Origin: a virus
Lineage: Duplodnaviria; Caudoviricetes
Reading direction: 5' to 3' (one strand)
DNA: 34,545 nucleotides
IMG/VR virus record: IMGVR_UViG_3300028586_000054
Coordinates: 1-34,545 of that record
Shown here: positions 23,671 through 33,414 of the stretch, one piece after another
Numbering within the stretch: position 1 is the first letter of the stretch
How the letters are laid out: each line of letters opens with the position of its first letter
Made by a program: the position numbers and the translations under genes
Notes under the pieces: model-generated
The model's database searches: none
Told to the model about the DNA's origin: nothing
The model's input: the letters and a program-made list of their open reading frames with translations, nothing else

Positions 23671-23848
23671 TTAGTGTCCTGTAAACCACCAAAACACTAT
23701 ACCTATCTAACCACACTTTGAAACATCAACCACAGAAAGAGATTCTAATCGCTCTCCCCTGTCTCGTCTCTCTCGTTGTTAACTTTCTTTGACTTTAATC
23801 AAACAAAGCGCAACAACTGACGATAAGTCATTGATAGCCAGGGCGGCT

Positions 23849-24433
23849 TTATAATCCTCCAGGATCGGGGCGTATTGCAAGAGATTGATCTCGGGAACGT
23901 GGCGCGGTTGGCCATACTACCGCCTGCGGCTTGTTCGCGTCGATGCGATGTAGCGCAATCATGTAGCGCTTCCACTCTGCCAGGCTGGCGACTTCGTCCT
24001 CAGTTGCCTCTCCCAGCTCCACAGCGAACGAGAGCGGCGTCATTGCTGCGACAGCCGCCTCAATACGTCGGCGTTTCATTGTCGCGAGATATGCGGCGTC
24101 CTGCGCCTCATTGCGGACAATCTTCTCGCCATCCCATAACCACCACCCCCCGACGCATAACCCTTCGGGCGCGAGAGCCGGATCAATTTCAACCACTGAC
24201 AGCCCGGTCGGAAACATCCGGTCGGCTTCGGTCGCTATTGACTGGATCGCGCCCGTTTCGTCATATCCGATTTTTAGCGTATCGTCCCGGAATAATAAGC
24301 GGGCCACGTACCAGCAATAACCGTCATCACTTTCGATAAATTGCACGCGGTGGCCGGTATCTAAGCTGCCGCTATAGGTCGCCATTACTAATGCATGGGG
24401 ATCGTATTTTTTAAAATTCTTAAATTCGCGCAT
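23849..24433 (-). CDS. Tail fibre assembly chaperone
   Basis: AVELGEAT..E...L.EWKRY..AL.RID...WP motif; follows the fibre gene. Confidence 0.85.
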   Translation of the reverse strand: MREFKNFKKYDPHALVMATYSGSLDTGHRVQFIESDDGYCWYVARLLFRDDTLKIGYDETGAIQSIATEADRMFPTGLSVVEIDPALAPEGLCVGGWWLWDGEKIVRNEAQDAAYLATMKRRRIEAAVAAMTPLSFAVELGEATEDEVASLAEWKRYMIALHRIDANKPQAVVWPTAPRSRDQSLAIRPDPGGL

Positions 24434-24445
24434 GTTTATTCCCGC

Positions 24446-25546
24446 TTAATAGGCTGTTTCAATGGCAACCCAACCGACAGCCGGTTTATACATTTGTACT
24501 AATGCGTGCTGAATGGAGTCGATATATTCATCTTGGTTTGTATTCGGACAGCCCACAACAACGCGTCCCGAATGCCATGTATAGCTAGCCGCATTCCATA
24601 CCGGCCACTCCTGCAAATCAACAAGTCGTATACTACTAACCGCATTGTTTACGAATGCTTGTATCTGGTTGTTAACCCAGTTGTTATTATTGTTTATACG
24701 CGCGTCTATTTGACCGGCGATCCAGTTACTCAAATATCCGCCCCAGACCCCCCCATAAACATTACCGTCAGTTGCTAACCACGCATTTCCGGCGTGAACG
24801 TCGGAATTGGCGTAAAATATCCCGTTTTGATCGAAGCGAAACGAATTAATCTTTCCGAACCCATCAAAAACCAGCTCCCCGTAGGCCAGCGTGCCGACAT
24901 GCTCGACCATGCGCATAAAAAACGATGCCCCGTCTTTAAAGTCCTGGTCTCCTCCACGTCCTTTTAGTGTTGTGCGGTACATCGGCGTATAGAGAAAATC
25001 GCCAGTACCTCCCGCCTTATTATTTGAAATAACCGTAAGGCTGGCTTCCTCGTCCAGATTGCCGCCTGATTTCGGATATGCGCCGCTGACCTGTGAAACA
25101 GACGGTGGATTTTGTGTGGTGAATAACTCGCCCACGTCAGTTGTATCAACAGTTATATGTAATTTACCGTCTTCTCCCCAATCCATGTATATATGATGAT
25201 TACCGGAAGTATGTTTACCTCCGTTCGCCTGCACGGCTGACCAGTTACCTACGTTATTTAACCCTAGATTTTCCCGCGCCTTATCTACATTATCTAAATC
25301 ACCGAGGTTTTCAGATTTATTCAAAAAAAGCGCCTGAATGGCGTTTAATAACTGCGAGCGGTCCGCTTTATTTAGCGCAATTCCAGCGGCATCTATAACG
25401 CTGCATATTTCTTCCTGGAACGCATCAAATACGTCCGCGTCTAATTGCGTTGCCAGCCTTCCGACAGTTTTGTCGCCATTGGTATAACCGTTTTTACCCG
25501 CGCCGAATTTATCCACCTGCGCGGTTGGCGTGTCTATTCTGTGCAT
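24446..25546 (-). CDS. Tail fibre protein
   Basis: SfV-type N-terminus MHRIDTPTAQVDKFG, ARENLGL and DGNVYG..WGG.LS motifs. Confidence 0.9.
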   Translation of the reverse strand: MHRIDTPTAQVDKFGAGKNGYTNGDKTVGRLATQLDADVFDAFQEEICSVIDAAGIALNKADRSQLLNAIQALFLNKSENLGDLDNVDKARENLGLNNVGNWSAVQANGGKHTSGNHHIYMDWGEDGKLHITVDTTDVGELFTTQNPPSVSQVSGAYPKSGGNLDEEASLTVISNNKAGGTGDFLYTPMYRTTLKGRGGDQDFKDGASFFMRMVEHVGTLAYGELVFDGFGKINSFRFDQNGIFYANSDVHAGNAWLATDGNVYGGVWGGYLSNWIAGQIDARINNNNNWVNNQIQAFVNNAVSSIRLVDLQEWPVWNAASYTWHSGRVVVGCPNTNQDEYIDSIQHALVQMYKPAVGWVAIETAY

Positions 25547-25564
25547 TTTTATATTCCAGAGAAT

Positions 25565-26158
25565 TTATTCGTCCTGATAGGCGAATAAAACGATAGTGTG
25601 AGAAGGTGCGGTTTTATGGATTACACATTCGGCGACAGTGTCACCCCATGTGCGCAAAAATGAATTACAGCCATCGACGCACGTCATAACATCGAGATCA
25701 GCACTCGCGGGAAAATTAACCCGCCAGTAAAACCGAAATGTATCCGCCGTTGCGCCGACCGGCCATGTTTCGGGCCGGTCGGGATCAGCGTACTGATATT
25801 GTGTGATAGTGACGTTTTCATAACCCAGAGCGCGGAGCTGCGAGAGGTAATAATCCTCATGTATTCCGCCCTCCTCGTTAGTTTTCGCGTCTAATCGGCG
25901 CTGTCGCTGCGTCAGCGTCTGAACGCCGTCAGGGATACACTCATCAGGCAGGCCGCACAGCCGCTCATAACGATCAATCAGTTCGACCGTGTCAGCCGGA
26001 GAGATTTCCCTCATCAGGTCATTAGCGCGGGTGTGTACGCGGGCCAGCGCGGGGGCAAATGCAACCACCAGATGATCACCCTCCCACGCCGGGCCGGACG
26101 GCATCAGCGCCCGGAGTAACTGATCATATTCATTATCAAGAGTTGCCACCACAATCAT
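25565..26158 (-). CDS. Baseplate protein, Mu gp48 / YmfQ family
   Basis: LMPSGPAW, ERLCGLPD.C, LRTWG...EC and PSHT motifs. Confidence 0.88.
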   Translation of the reverse strand: MIVVATLDNEYDQLLRALMPSGPAWEGDHLVVAFAPALARVHTRANDLMREISPADTVELIDRYERLCGLPDECIPDGVQTLTQRQRRLDAKTNEEGGIHEDYYLSQLRALGYENVTITQYQYADPDRPETWPVGATADTFRFYWRVNFPASADLDVMTCVDGCNSFLRTWGDTVAECVIHKTAPSHTIVLFAYQDE

Positions 26159-27240
26159 CCCCCTTCGTAACTGCTCCATTTAACAGCGCCGAGCACTGGC
26201 AACTCACCAGCATCCAGCTCTGTGTCAGAGTCAGGATCAGGACTAATAATTCGATATGCACCACCGCCAGCACCACGGCTAATAGCGTCACCTAAATGAG
26301 AGTGATAAATCCGTCCGTCCGGCGTGCCGTTACGGAGTAGGGTTAATTTTAATTCCCGCACTACCGCCGTTCGGATAGCCTCGCTATCTGCAGCGAGTGC
26401 AATTTCCATCGGTATTGGTTTCGGTTTGGCTGCATAAAGACTCAGGCTGGAGCCTGCAACCGGCGATTTCGGTAGAATGTATTCTCGCGCTGCAGCAATG
26501 CGAGCGGCATCAGGAGCCGGATTATCAGGGTCATTTGTAGCGACCATCACCCCGACTGTCCCCGGACCATTCTGATTACGGAATGTCCAGGCGCGGGAAA
26601 TCCCTGCAACATCCGTCGCCCAGACAACATAATCAGGATCAGCGCCGCCCTGCGGTGTGTAATACCATCGCGCCATGACTCGTGAGCGCCATTCCTCCAA
26701 GTCCTCTACATCTGCCCCACCCTGTACAGAGTCTGCATAGCCGGTAACGGGTAAACCCGTTATCGGGGACAACAGGCGGAGCGGTGTTCCATCGTCCAGG
26801 TTGCCCGCCCTGCCTGCGCTGACAGCCTCGACAGGCACGCGGAGAAATCGCTCAGACTGATTAAATTCCTGTGCGCCGGTCGTGACGTAATTAATCTGGT
26901 CATCCGTCTGGATTTCGGTCCCTGTCGGGATCGGAACCTCTGCGGAAATGCCCTCCCAGCGCATATAACCGCCCGCCGTCGTTGGCTGTTTACGCGGCGA
27001 GCGTTTTAAATTAGCGTGCCGTGTCAGCCAGCTTTCATCACACAAATCCGGCAACATGTTTTTAGCGAGGTAATCTAAATACCCGTAAAGCGTGTGCGTC
27101 GCCGCCGCCATAACGCGAGCATAAACCTCCGCATCGAGACGGCGGAGAACGACGTCCGTCTCGAAACGGGATAACAGATCGCTACGGATAGTGCTGATTA
27201 GATTAGGGAGATCGGGCCGTGAAAAACCGGAGTCAGACAT
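26155..27240 (-). CDS. Baseplate wedge, J / Mu gp47 family
   Basis: GGAD.E...W and PQGGA..DY..WA motifs. Confidence 0.92.
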   Translation of the reverse strand: MSDSGFSRPDLPNLISTIRSDLLSRFETDVVLRRLDAEVYARVMAAATHTLYGYLDYLAKNMLPDLCDESWLTRHANLKRSPRKQPTTAGGYMRWEGISAEVPIPTGTEIQTDDQINYVTTGAQEFNQSERFLRVPVEAVSAGRAGNLDDGTPLRLLSPITGLPVTGYADSVQGGADVEDLEEWRSRVMARWYYTPQGGADPDYVVWATDVAGISRAWTFRNQNGPGTVGVMVATNDPDNPAPDAARIAAAREYILPKSPVAGSSLSLYAAKPKPIPMEIALAADSEAIRTAVVRELKLTLLRNGTPDGRIYHSHLGDAISRGAGGGAYRIISPDPDSDTELDAGELPVLGAVKWSSYEGG

Positions 27241-27649
27241 TTAAAACCCCCTGCCATATATCATCAAAAATAATCGCGTGTTGACTGCCGTCCTGCTGCC
27301 ACAACACCACATCCAGCCGCATTGAGCTGAGTCCGGTCCGCGTTGCGTCAACCTCCACGCGGGCGGCGACACCATCCTCGGTCATCCACTGCAGCGCCTG
27401 ACGGGCATAATCTCGCGCCCGTGCTGCCGTGGCGTTTGTGAGTTTCGACCGGCGCAACAGCCAGAGACGCGATCCGATACGGTCATTCGCGACGGTCGGG
27501 AATGTGTCGCCCCACCAACCGAAAACCTCCGTTGTGTCGTCGTCTGTTTCAGCACGTCGCCAGGTGAGCAGCGAGATCAGGACAGCGCGGGTCAGCGGCG
27601 CAAATGAATCACCCGACTCTCTCAGTAGCCCGTTTTCATAAATGAGCAT
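27233..27649 (-). CDS. Baseplate protein, Mu gp46 family
   Basis: AVLISLLTWRRA, GWWGD and GSRLWLL motifs. Confidence 0.92.
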   Translation of the reverse strand: MLIYENGLLRESGDSFAPLTRAVLISLLTWRRAETDDDTTEVFGWWGDTFPTVANDRIGSRLWLLRRSKLTNATAARARDYARQALQWMTEDGVAARVEVDATRTGLSSMRLDVVLWQQDGSQHAIIFDDIWQGVLNV

Positions 27650-28239
27650 CAGCCGCCCCCCATTTGCGAATCAGGTTTATCAGTTAAATTACCCGCGCCC
27701 CTGCCGGTGTGAGCGTGTCCGTTATAGGTAACGCGGATTTGAGACATTTTGCCGACACCGTCCGAGACCTCACCCTCTGCCGCGACATTGCCGGTTGAGG
27801 TGACATCCGGCGTAATAAACGCAACTTTTTTCGAGGCGTTGACCTCCACCTCCGGGGCATTCAGCGAGATTTTTTCCTCAGCGTTAACGATAAATTTTTT
27901 CGTCGTCGCCTCGATAACGTTGTCGCGTTTCAGGATGATTGAGTCGCCCTCATCCGTGTAAATCGCCACCTCGCCGCCCGCAAGACCTTTCAGCCGATAA
28001 CGCCGGTCAGCAACGGCGATGGCTACACCGTGAGATCGATCCCCAGAGGGGAACAGGACAACTGCTTCAGCACCCGCGAGCGCGGCGGAGGTAAACCCGT
28101 ATGGCTCAATATGCTCGACGTTTGCTATCGGCTCTCCGCCGATGAGCGTCAGGGAAACACCCTGGCATTTTGTGGCGGTATTGAGCACATTCAGGACGGC
28201 GCGGGCGATGAGGTTATTCAGACTGCTGGTTATACCCAT
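27649..28239 (-). CDS. Baseplate spike, Mu gp45 family
   Basis: EPYGFTS, DRRYRL..L..GEVAIY and a C-terminal HxH metal motif. Confidence 0.9.
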   Translation of the reverse strand: MGITSSLNNLIARAVLNVLNTATKCQGVSLTLIGGEPIANVEHIEPYGFTSAALAGAEAVVLFPSGDRSHGVAIAVADRRYRLKGLAGGEVAIYTDEGDSIILKRDNVIEATTKKFIVNAEEKISLNAPEVEVNASKKVAFITPDVTSTGNVAAEGEVSDGVGKMSQIRVTYNGHAHTGRGAGNLTDKPDSQMGGG

Positions 28240-29300
28240 CAGAAAACCACCCCTTTCTTTTTCTTTTTCGCTTTTTTCTGCGTCGGCGGTTTGGGGAGAT
28301 ATGCGTCAGCCGGTGCGACTCTCAGCTCGGTGATTGTGCCGCCCTCACTCTGCGTGAAATTCACCTCGCCGATGATTAATTCCTCGTTATCAAACCCGCA
28401 TAGCGGGTCGTAAACGATAACGGCGAGATTTGGTCGCCATAGTGAGCCGTCACCCTGTCGCCAGCCCTGGACGGTATAGCTTGTTTCGCGCACCTTTGCG
28501 GCACGCTGTGCGGCCTCAAACTCGCACCGGGCCTTACAGGTTGCTGTTGTGGCTGTGCCGCTTTGCTGAATGGTATAGGGCCGGTAACGTGTGACCGTGC
28601 TATCCGTGACAGTCTGTTTAATCGCTGAGATTGTTGCCGCACCGAAATCCGTATCAGTGCCGGGGCGCTGCCCCGTTACCAGGTACTCCGAAAATAGATC
28701 TTTCACGCTCTTTTCAGTGTCACAGGTGAGAATGTTTTCCCCCAGCACCAGGGCGGTGACGGCTCGCGTCGTGCCGATATTCCCGATCACCAAATTGCCT
28801 CGTTCGTCGTCATACGCCAGCGCCTGAACTTGCCCCAATAGCCTGTTTAAACAGTCGATCACCGTCTCGCCGTGTTGCGGCTGCGCCCCGATAACGGACG
28901 TCGTGGGAGCGCCTGCATCGATCACGTTAATGCCGAACGGTTTCGCCAGCGCGGCGGCTATACCGACCAGCGTCGCGCCTGCGTGCTGCGCTGGGGCGGC
29001 TGTACAATCGACGAGGTCGGCGGTCCGGCTGCGCCCGACAATGCCGAGGCTGATCGATGAGGCATCGTAGCGGACGGGAGTCGCCTCAACCCAGCCCGTC
29101 ATAACGAGGTCATCACCCATTAACACCTCGACCCGGTCGCCGTTTTTGATTTTCGGCGTCGGTTCGGTTGCCCCCGGCCACGTCCGGGAGATAGTGACGT
29201 TAAAATCGCGGGCGACACGATCAACACCTGCAGAAATGCGGAGCGACGTCCAGCCTCCCCACTCCCGCCCGTTCACGCGTAAAAACACTGTGTCATTCAT
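28239..29300 (-). CDS. Baseplate hub, Mu gpP/gp44 family
   Basis: GREWGGW, GRSRTADLVDC and VQGWRQ.DG.LW.PN motifs. Confidence 0.92.
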   Translation of the reverse strand: MNDTVFLRVNGREWGGWTSLRISAGVDRVARDFNVTISRTWPGATEPTPKIKNGDRVEVLMGDDLVMTGWVEATPVRYDASSISLGIVGRSRTADLVDCTAAPAQHAGATLVGIAAALAKPFGINVIDAGAPTTSVIGAQPQHGETVIDCLNRLLGQVQALAYDDERGNLVIGNIGTTRAVTALVLGENILTCDTEKSVKDLFSEYLVTGQRPGTDTDFGAATISAIKQTVTDSTVTRYRPYTIQQSGTATTATCKARCEFEAAQRAAKVRETSYTVQGWRQGDGSLWRPNLAVIVYDPLCGFDNEELIIGEVNFTQSEGGTITELRVAPADAYLPKPPTQKKAKKKKKGVVF

Positions 29301-30667
29301 TTAACAGGCACCCTTAACGCCCGAACCGGCACAAATCCGGGATGAGCGATATTGTTTCGATACAAGATTTCAGTCTCGCGGCTGGCATCGTCGAACCACT
29401 CAGCGGCCAGCACGATGGCCGGTTTAGGCTCGCTGGGTGTGCGCGTGACCGTTTTTTCGACCTGTGCCAGCCGTTGTGTGATATCGCGATTAACGTCAGT
29501 GCGGAGCTTAGACAGCGCCAGAAAAACCTCGTCATTGGTCGTGCGGAGCTGCTCAACATCAATGGCATGATTCAACGCGGCCCTGACGTCTGTCAGGTCG
29601 TCCCACGTCGCGGAGGGGGTCTCCGTTGATGTGTCTGACGACGCAACCTGTCCAGACTCCGTAACAGTTAAAGAGGCTGTGCTCTGCGCCGCATCTGTCG
29701 CCGCATCTAAGGCGGGGTGCGGAATGTTCACTATGTCCGACACGTTATCGCCGGTTGCCGCAACGCGGGGAGGTGCTGGGATGGCCGTTACTGCGCGAGC
29801 GGCCTCAGCGATAGCGGTTACCCGAATAGCCGACCCGATAGAATTAACGGCCTGTTTACGTGCTCGCGTCGTCCCTGCGTCACTGTCCCAGACTCCACGC
29901 GGAGAGAGTCCGGGATCGATGGCGACGCCGCTGATTGTTTTGATCATCGTTACGAGGTCGGATGCATCCCCAGCGAGGCGAGTCCCTCCACGCCATGCGG
30001 TTTGCAATGCTCTGACGAAATCATTAGCTGTGCTGGGTGGCATCAGAATGACGGATAAATCGCCCTGCAGGAGTCGCATAGCTGCATCAATCCCGGAGTC
30101 GACCATTTTAAATGCGTCAGTAATCACCCCGAGCATGTTTGCGCCCTCGCCTAAAATCTCGGACTGAACAAAATCACTCAGGCCATCGAGAGAGAGCGCC
30201 GACATTGCGGACGAGATCGCATCCTCAAGAAAACTGACGGAACTCTCCAGGCGCTGCCCGGATGCAATTCCCGACGTCGGGAACGACAGTTCGCCCGACT
30301 CCACAAACGAGAACGAGACCCGGCACATCCGGCCCTCTTCCCGGCTGTGAATGATGCGGACAGTCCCGTCAACGCTGCCCCGCATCTCCCCATAAAAGGG
30401 ATGGACCAGCGTCGCCGGTCCTGCGGTTTCAATCGCTGCGATTAGGCGGTCGCGTTGCTCCGGGTAATCATCTCCGACGAGATAAGCATCGAGCTGAATA
30501 CGGCGCGTAGCGCGCCCTAAATCCTCCGTATAGGGTTTATCTCTGTTTGGGTACTCGTGAACCTGAACACGACGCCCGAAAGTGCTCTCGTCGTTCTCTA
30601 CAGAGAACGGAACGCCACGAAACGACGCCGCCTGCAGGCGGGATCGCCAGTCGGTCTGAGTTGCCAT
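29297..30667 (-). CDS. Mu gpN-like DNA circularization / tail protein
   Basis: ASFRGVPF, HEYP.RD...EDLG and RNNIAHPGF motifs. Confidence 0.92.
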   Translation of the reverse strand: MATQTDWRSRLQAASFRGVPFSVENDESTFGRRVQVHEYPNRDKPYTEDLGRATRRIQLDAYLVGDDYPEQRDRLIAAIETAGPATLVHPFYGEMRGSVDGTVRIIHSREEGRMCRVSFSFVESGELSFPTSGIASGQRLESSVSFLEDAISSAMSALSLDGLSDFVQSEILGEGANMLGVITDAFKMVDSGIDAAMRLLQGDLSVILMPPSTANDFVRALQTAWRGGTRLAGDASDLVTMIKTISGVAIDPGLSPRGVWDSDAGTTRARKQAVNSIGSAIRVTAIAEAARAVTAIPAPPRVAATGDNVSDIVNIPHPALDAATDAAQSTASLTVTESGQVASSDTSTETPSATWDDLTDVRAALNHAIDVEQLRTTNDEVFLALSKLRTDVNRDITQRLAQVEKTVTRTPSEPKPAIVLAAEWFDDASRETEILYRNNIAHPGFVPVRALRVPVK

Positions 30668-30679
30668 GATTTAGCCCAT

Positions 30680-30702
30680 AAAAAACCCCGCCAAGCGGGT
30701 TT
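30680..30702 (-). terminator. Possible terminator after the tape measure gene
   Basis: Short CCCGC/GCGGG stem followed by a T run on the minus strand. Confidence 0.45.
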
Positions 30703-32650
30703 ATTGTGGTTTGCGGAATGGTGAATATCCGACGTCGGTCGTCACCCTCATTAGCGGATCGCCTGATTTTGGCCCCTCTGCGACGCGTACTCCGGGAGGA
30801 ACATTTTCAAAAAGAACTTTAATCTCAGACGCTCCCCCTCTTGCAGCAACAGGGTTCATCAGCCCGACTGCAGGCCGCGAAAGACCCACGTTCGGCGCAT
30901 AGGGCGTGGCTCCGTAGCCATCAGCGCGTGGTAATCGAAATCCAGTGAGGTTAAAAATCCCATCGTTTAATTTTTTACCGGCGCTATCGAGATAATCATT
31001 TAAACCGAGACCACTATTTAACGCATCGGCCACAAAATTATGAATCAACCAAGGATGATCCTGTTCAAATTTCTGCGCTAACAGACCCAGCTCAATTAGT
31101 CCGCCGATCATGCCGATTTTACCGATTGCACGCATTGAGCCGCTTAACGTATTTACTTTGCTATTCGCCCCCTCAATTTCAGTAATTGCACTGCGCATAT
31201 TTTTTACAAAACTAATGCCTATAACAATTGCTGCCAATGCTCCTAATGATTTGATAGCGGATTCCCACCCCCCCATTTTATTGACAGCCTCGTCAATAAA
31301 ATGCCATACATCCTCAATAACCGGCCCTACCTCATCCCAATTATCAATTATTTGATACGCACCCAACACCAATAAACCGATAAGCGCTTTAGCCGGTGAC
31401 ATATTCATAGCGAAATTAAGAATTTTAACAGCGCGGGAAACAGCTCCTATTGCCGCTGCTGTGCCTGCCAGAGCTAAGCCCAATTTAGCCAAATCACGCA
31501 CCGCCTCGGGATTGTTTTTTATAAACTGTGAAAAAGATTTAAGAAGTGGGTTAATTTCGCGTACTGCATCACGAATAATTGGGAGAAACTCCCTCCCGAC
31601 CTCGATAGAGATTTTCGTGATTTCATTTCGCATCAACGCCAAATCAGCCGCCGCCGTATCAGAGGCCGTCGCATATTCACTCGCGGCGGCTCCTGCGTAA
31701 ATCTGCGCGTCAGAAACCTTATTGAAATTCTTTTTCAGAGTGTCGAGGTTCGTTAACAGTGGCACAATTGCAACCGCCGACTCTTTCCCGAAAAGAAATT
31801 CCATTGCGCGGGATTTTTTCCACTCAGGCAGTTTATTTATCTTATCCAGTACGTTGAGAATCGTCCCACGAGCGTCTTTTACCATCCCCTTAGCGAGCTT
31901 ATCCGGCGACCATCCTATCGCGTTAGCTACAGCAGCCTGACGCCCGGAGGAGGCGCTCGTCAGCCCTGAAAACAGGTTTTTAATCCCTGTCTGGGCCACA
32001 TCGCCACCGATACCGACGCCGATAATCGTTGAGGCCAGCGCGGCCACGTCTCCCGACGCAACATGCGCGGATTTTGAAATCCCGCCCAGCTCGGTGACAA
32101 CCTGCGCGATTGAGGCGGAGTTAGCGGGGCCGGTGTTCCCCAGATAGTTGACTTTGTCCGCCAGGTCGACCACTTCCTTTTGTGTCAATCCGAACGCAGT
32201 CCGCCAGACGGCCAGCGTTTTACCCGCGTCTTTGCCTGACAGATCCCACGCGACCCCAACTTTTGCAGCGTCTGCGGCGAACTGTGTCAGCTCGGAGCGA
32301 TCAATCCCTGATTGTCCGGCCTGCGCGACAATATCCGCAATTTCATTAGCGGCCAGCGGAATAGACGTTGAGAGTTCGAGCACATCATCCTGCATCTGCC
32401 GGAACGCTGCCGGACTATCCAGCCCGTCGACGACTTTCCGAACATCCGCCATTGTTTTTTCAAACTCAACAGCCTGCATCGTTGCGCCCGAAAGCGCCCC
32501 GAGAATCGTTGCCCCCGCCGCGCCAGCGCCCACAGCTAAACCAGAAAGCTCCTTTTTAAATCCCTTTAGCTGTTTCTGCATCCCTTTAAGCGGGCCAGAC
32601 AACTTATCAACGGCGGTGATTATGGCCTTTAGTTCGAATGAATCAGCCAT
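30701..32650 (-). CDS. Tail tape measure protein
   Basis: FEKTMADVRKVVD core; Ala/Gly-rich and helical; follows the tail chaperones. Confidence 0.92.
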   Translation of the reverse strand: MADSFELKAIITAVDKLSGPLKGMQKQLKGFKKELSGLAVGAGAAGATILGALSGATMQAVEFEKTMADVRKVVDGLDSPAAFRQMQDDVLELSTSIPLAANEIADIVAQAGQSGIDRSELTQFAADAAKVGVAWDLSGKDAGKTLAVWRTAFGLTQKEVVDLADKVNYLGNTGPANSASIAQVVTELGGISKSAHVASGDVAALASTIIGVGIGGDVAQTGIKNLFSGLTSASSGRQAAVANAIGWSPDKLAKGMVKDARGTILNVLDKINKLPEWKKSRAMEFLFGKESAVAIVPLLTNLDTLKKNFNKVSDAQIYAGAAASEYATASDTAAADLALMRNEITKISIEVGREFLPIIRDAVREINPLLKSFSQFIKNNPEAVRDLAKLGLALAGTAAAIGAVSRAVKILNFAMNMSPAKALIGLLVLGAYQIIDNWDEVGPVIEDVWHFIDEAVNKMGGWESAIKSLGALAAIVIGISFVKNMRSAITEIEGANSKVNTLSGSMRAIGKIGMIGGLIELGLLAQKFEQDHPWLIHNFVADALNSGLGLNDYLDSAGKKLNDGIFNLTGFRLPRADGYGATPYAPNVGLSRPAVGLMNPVAARGGASEIKVLFENVPPGVRVAEGPKSGDPLMRVTTDVGYSPFRKPQ

Positions 32651-32813
32651 GAGGTTTTAGCTCCTCACTAATGCGGATGGCCTCCGCCTCTAATTCTAAA
32701 AACTCAGAGAGGGCCATCCGTTTTAGTTCCAGGGGATTTATTCGCCAGAAGTGAGCGACGTTGTAACGTCGTCTGCGGAGTCCGTCGCCGTCTCCGAGGC
32801 CGTGAAAAAACCC
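32643..32813 (-). CDS. -1 frameshift extension of the tail assembly chaperone (G-T type)
   Basis: Slippery G GGT TTT at 32813-32807; the -1 frame reads ...YNVAHFWRINPLELKRMALSEFLELEAEA... to a stop overlapping the tape measure start. Confidence 0.75.
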   Translation of the reverse strand, partial: GFFHGLGDGDGLRRRRYNVAHFWRINPLELKRMALSEFLELEAEAIRISEELKPHG

Positions 32814-33061
32814 ATGATCGACATTGAAATTTTAAACAGGTCTCTCAATGGGATTTTTTGCGCTGAACTGCGGGGAATACCGGCCAGCAATGGAATATAT
32901 TTAAACGCTGCGCCGCTATCAATTTTGAATCCCCCCTCGCTGTTTATAGTGAACGGAAAACCTAAATTTTCGACCTCATCGAACGTCGGCTCACGCATTT
33001 CTAGAACGTGGATGTTTTCATTATGAGCCATGATAGGCGCTGATAATTTAATCTCTTTCAT
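32738..33061 (-). CDS. Tail assembly chaperone (Mu gp41-like)
   Basis: L.MREPT motif; lies between the tube and tape measure genes. Confidence 0.85.
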   Translation of the reverse strand: MKEIKLSAPIMAHNENIHVLEMREPTFDEVENLGFPFTINSEGGFKIDSGAAFKYIPLLAGIPRSSAQKIPLRDLFKISMSIMGFFTASETATDSADDVTTSLTSGE

Positions 33062-33414
33062 TGATAAAAACCCTCTTCGCCAGTGAACTCAATATCTACA
33101 GTGCCGTCTTCAGGATTATGGTTTAACTCCCCTTCGACAAAGGCTTTTGACAGGACATAAACATCGCCGTTTGCTAATTCGGCTGTAATTGTCATATTGT
33201 CCGAGTTAATAATTTTGTCTCTGGGAAACCCCTTCGGCACTTTAGCGGTCAACTTTACATACGGAGCGCGGTGAGTTTCTTTGTGATCAACACCCCCTCC
33301 AAGATCAAGAATTTTCTCTTTTAGCTTGGTATTCATTGGACATTCAACGCCCCCTGTAACAGAGAGTTGAAGTCCATCCACTTTAATAAAACAAGTGCCA
33401 GCAATTTTAGCCAT
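33058..33414 (-). CDS. Tail tube protein (Mu gpM-like)
   Basis: IAGTCFIKVDG and TITAELANG..YVL motifs. Confidence 0.9.
   Translation of the reverse strand: MAKIAGTCFIKVDGLQLSVTGGVECPMNTKLKEKILDLGGGVDHKETHRAPYVKLTAKVPKGFPRDKIINSDNMTITAELANGDVYVLSKAFVEGELNHNPEDGTVDIEFTGEEGFYQ

Noticed and set aside
23849-25546. Tail-fibre inversion system or diversity-generating retroelement
   Set aside because: I see no invertase, reverse transcriptase, inverted second fibre segment or template repeat.
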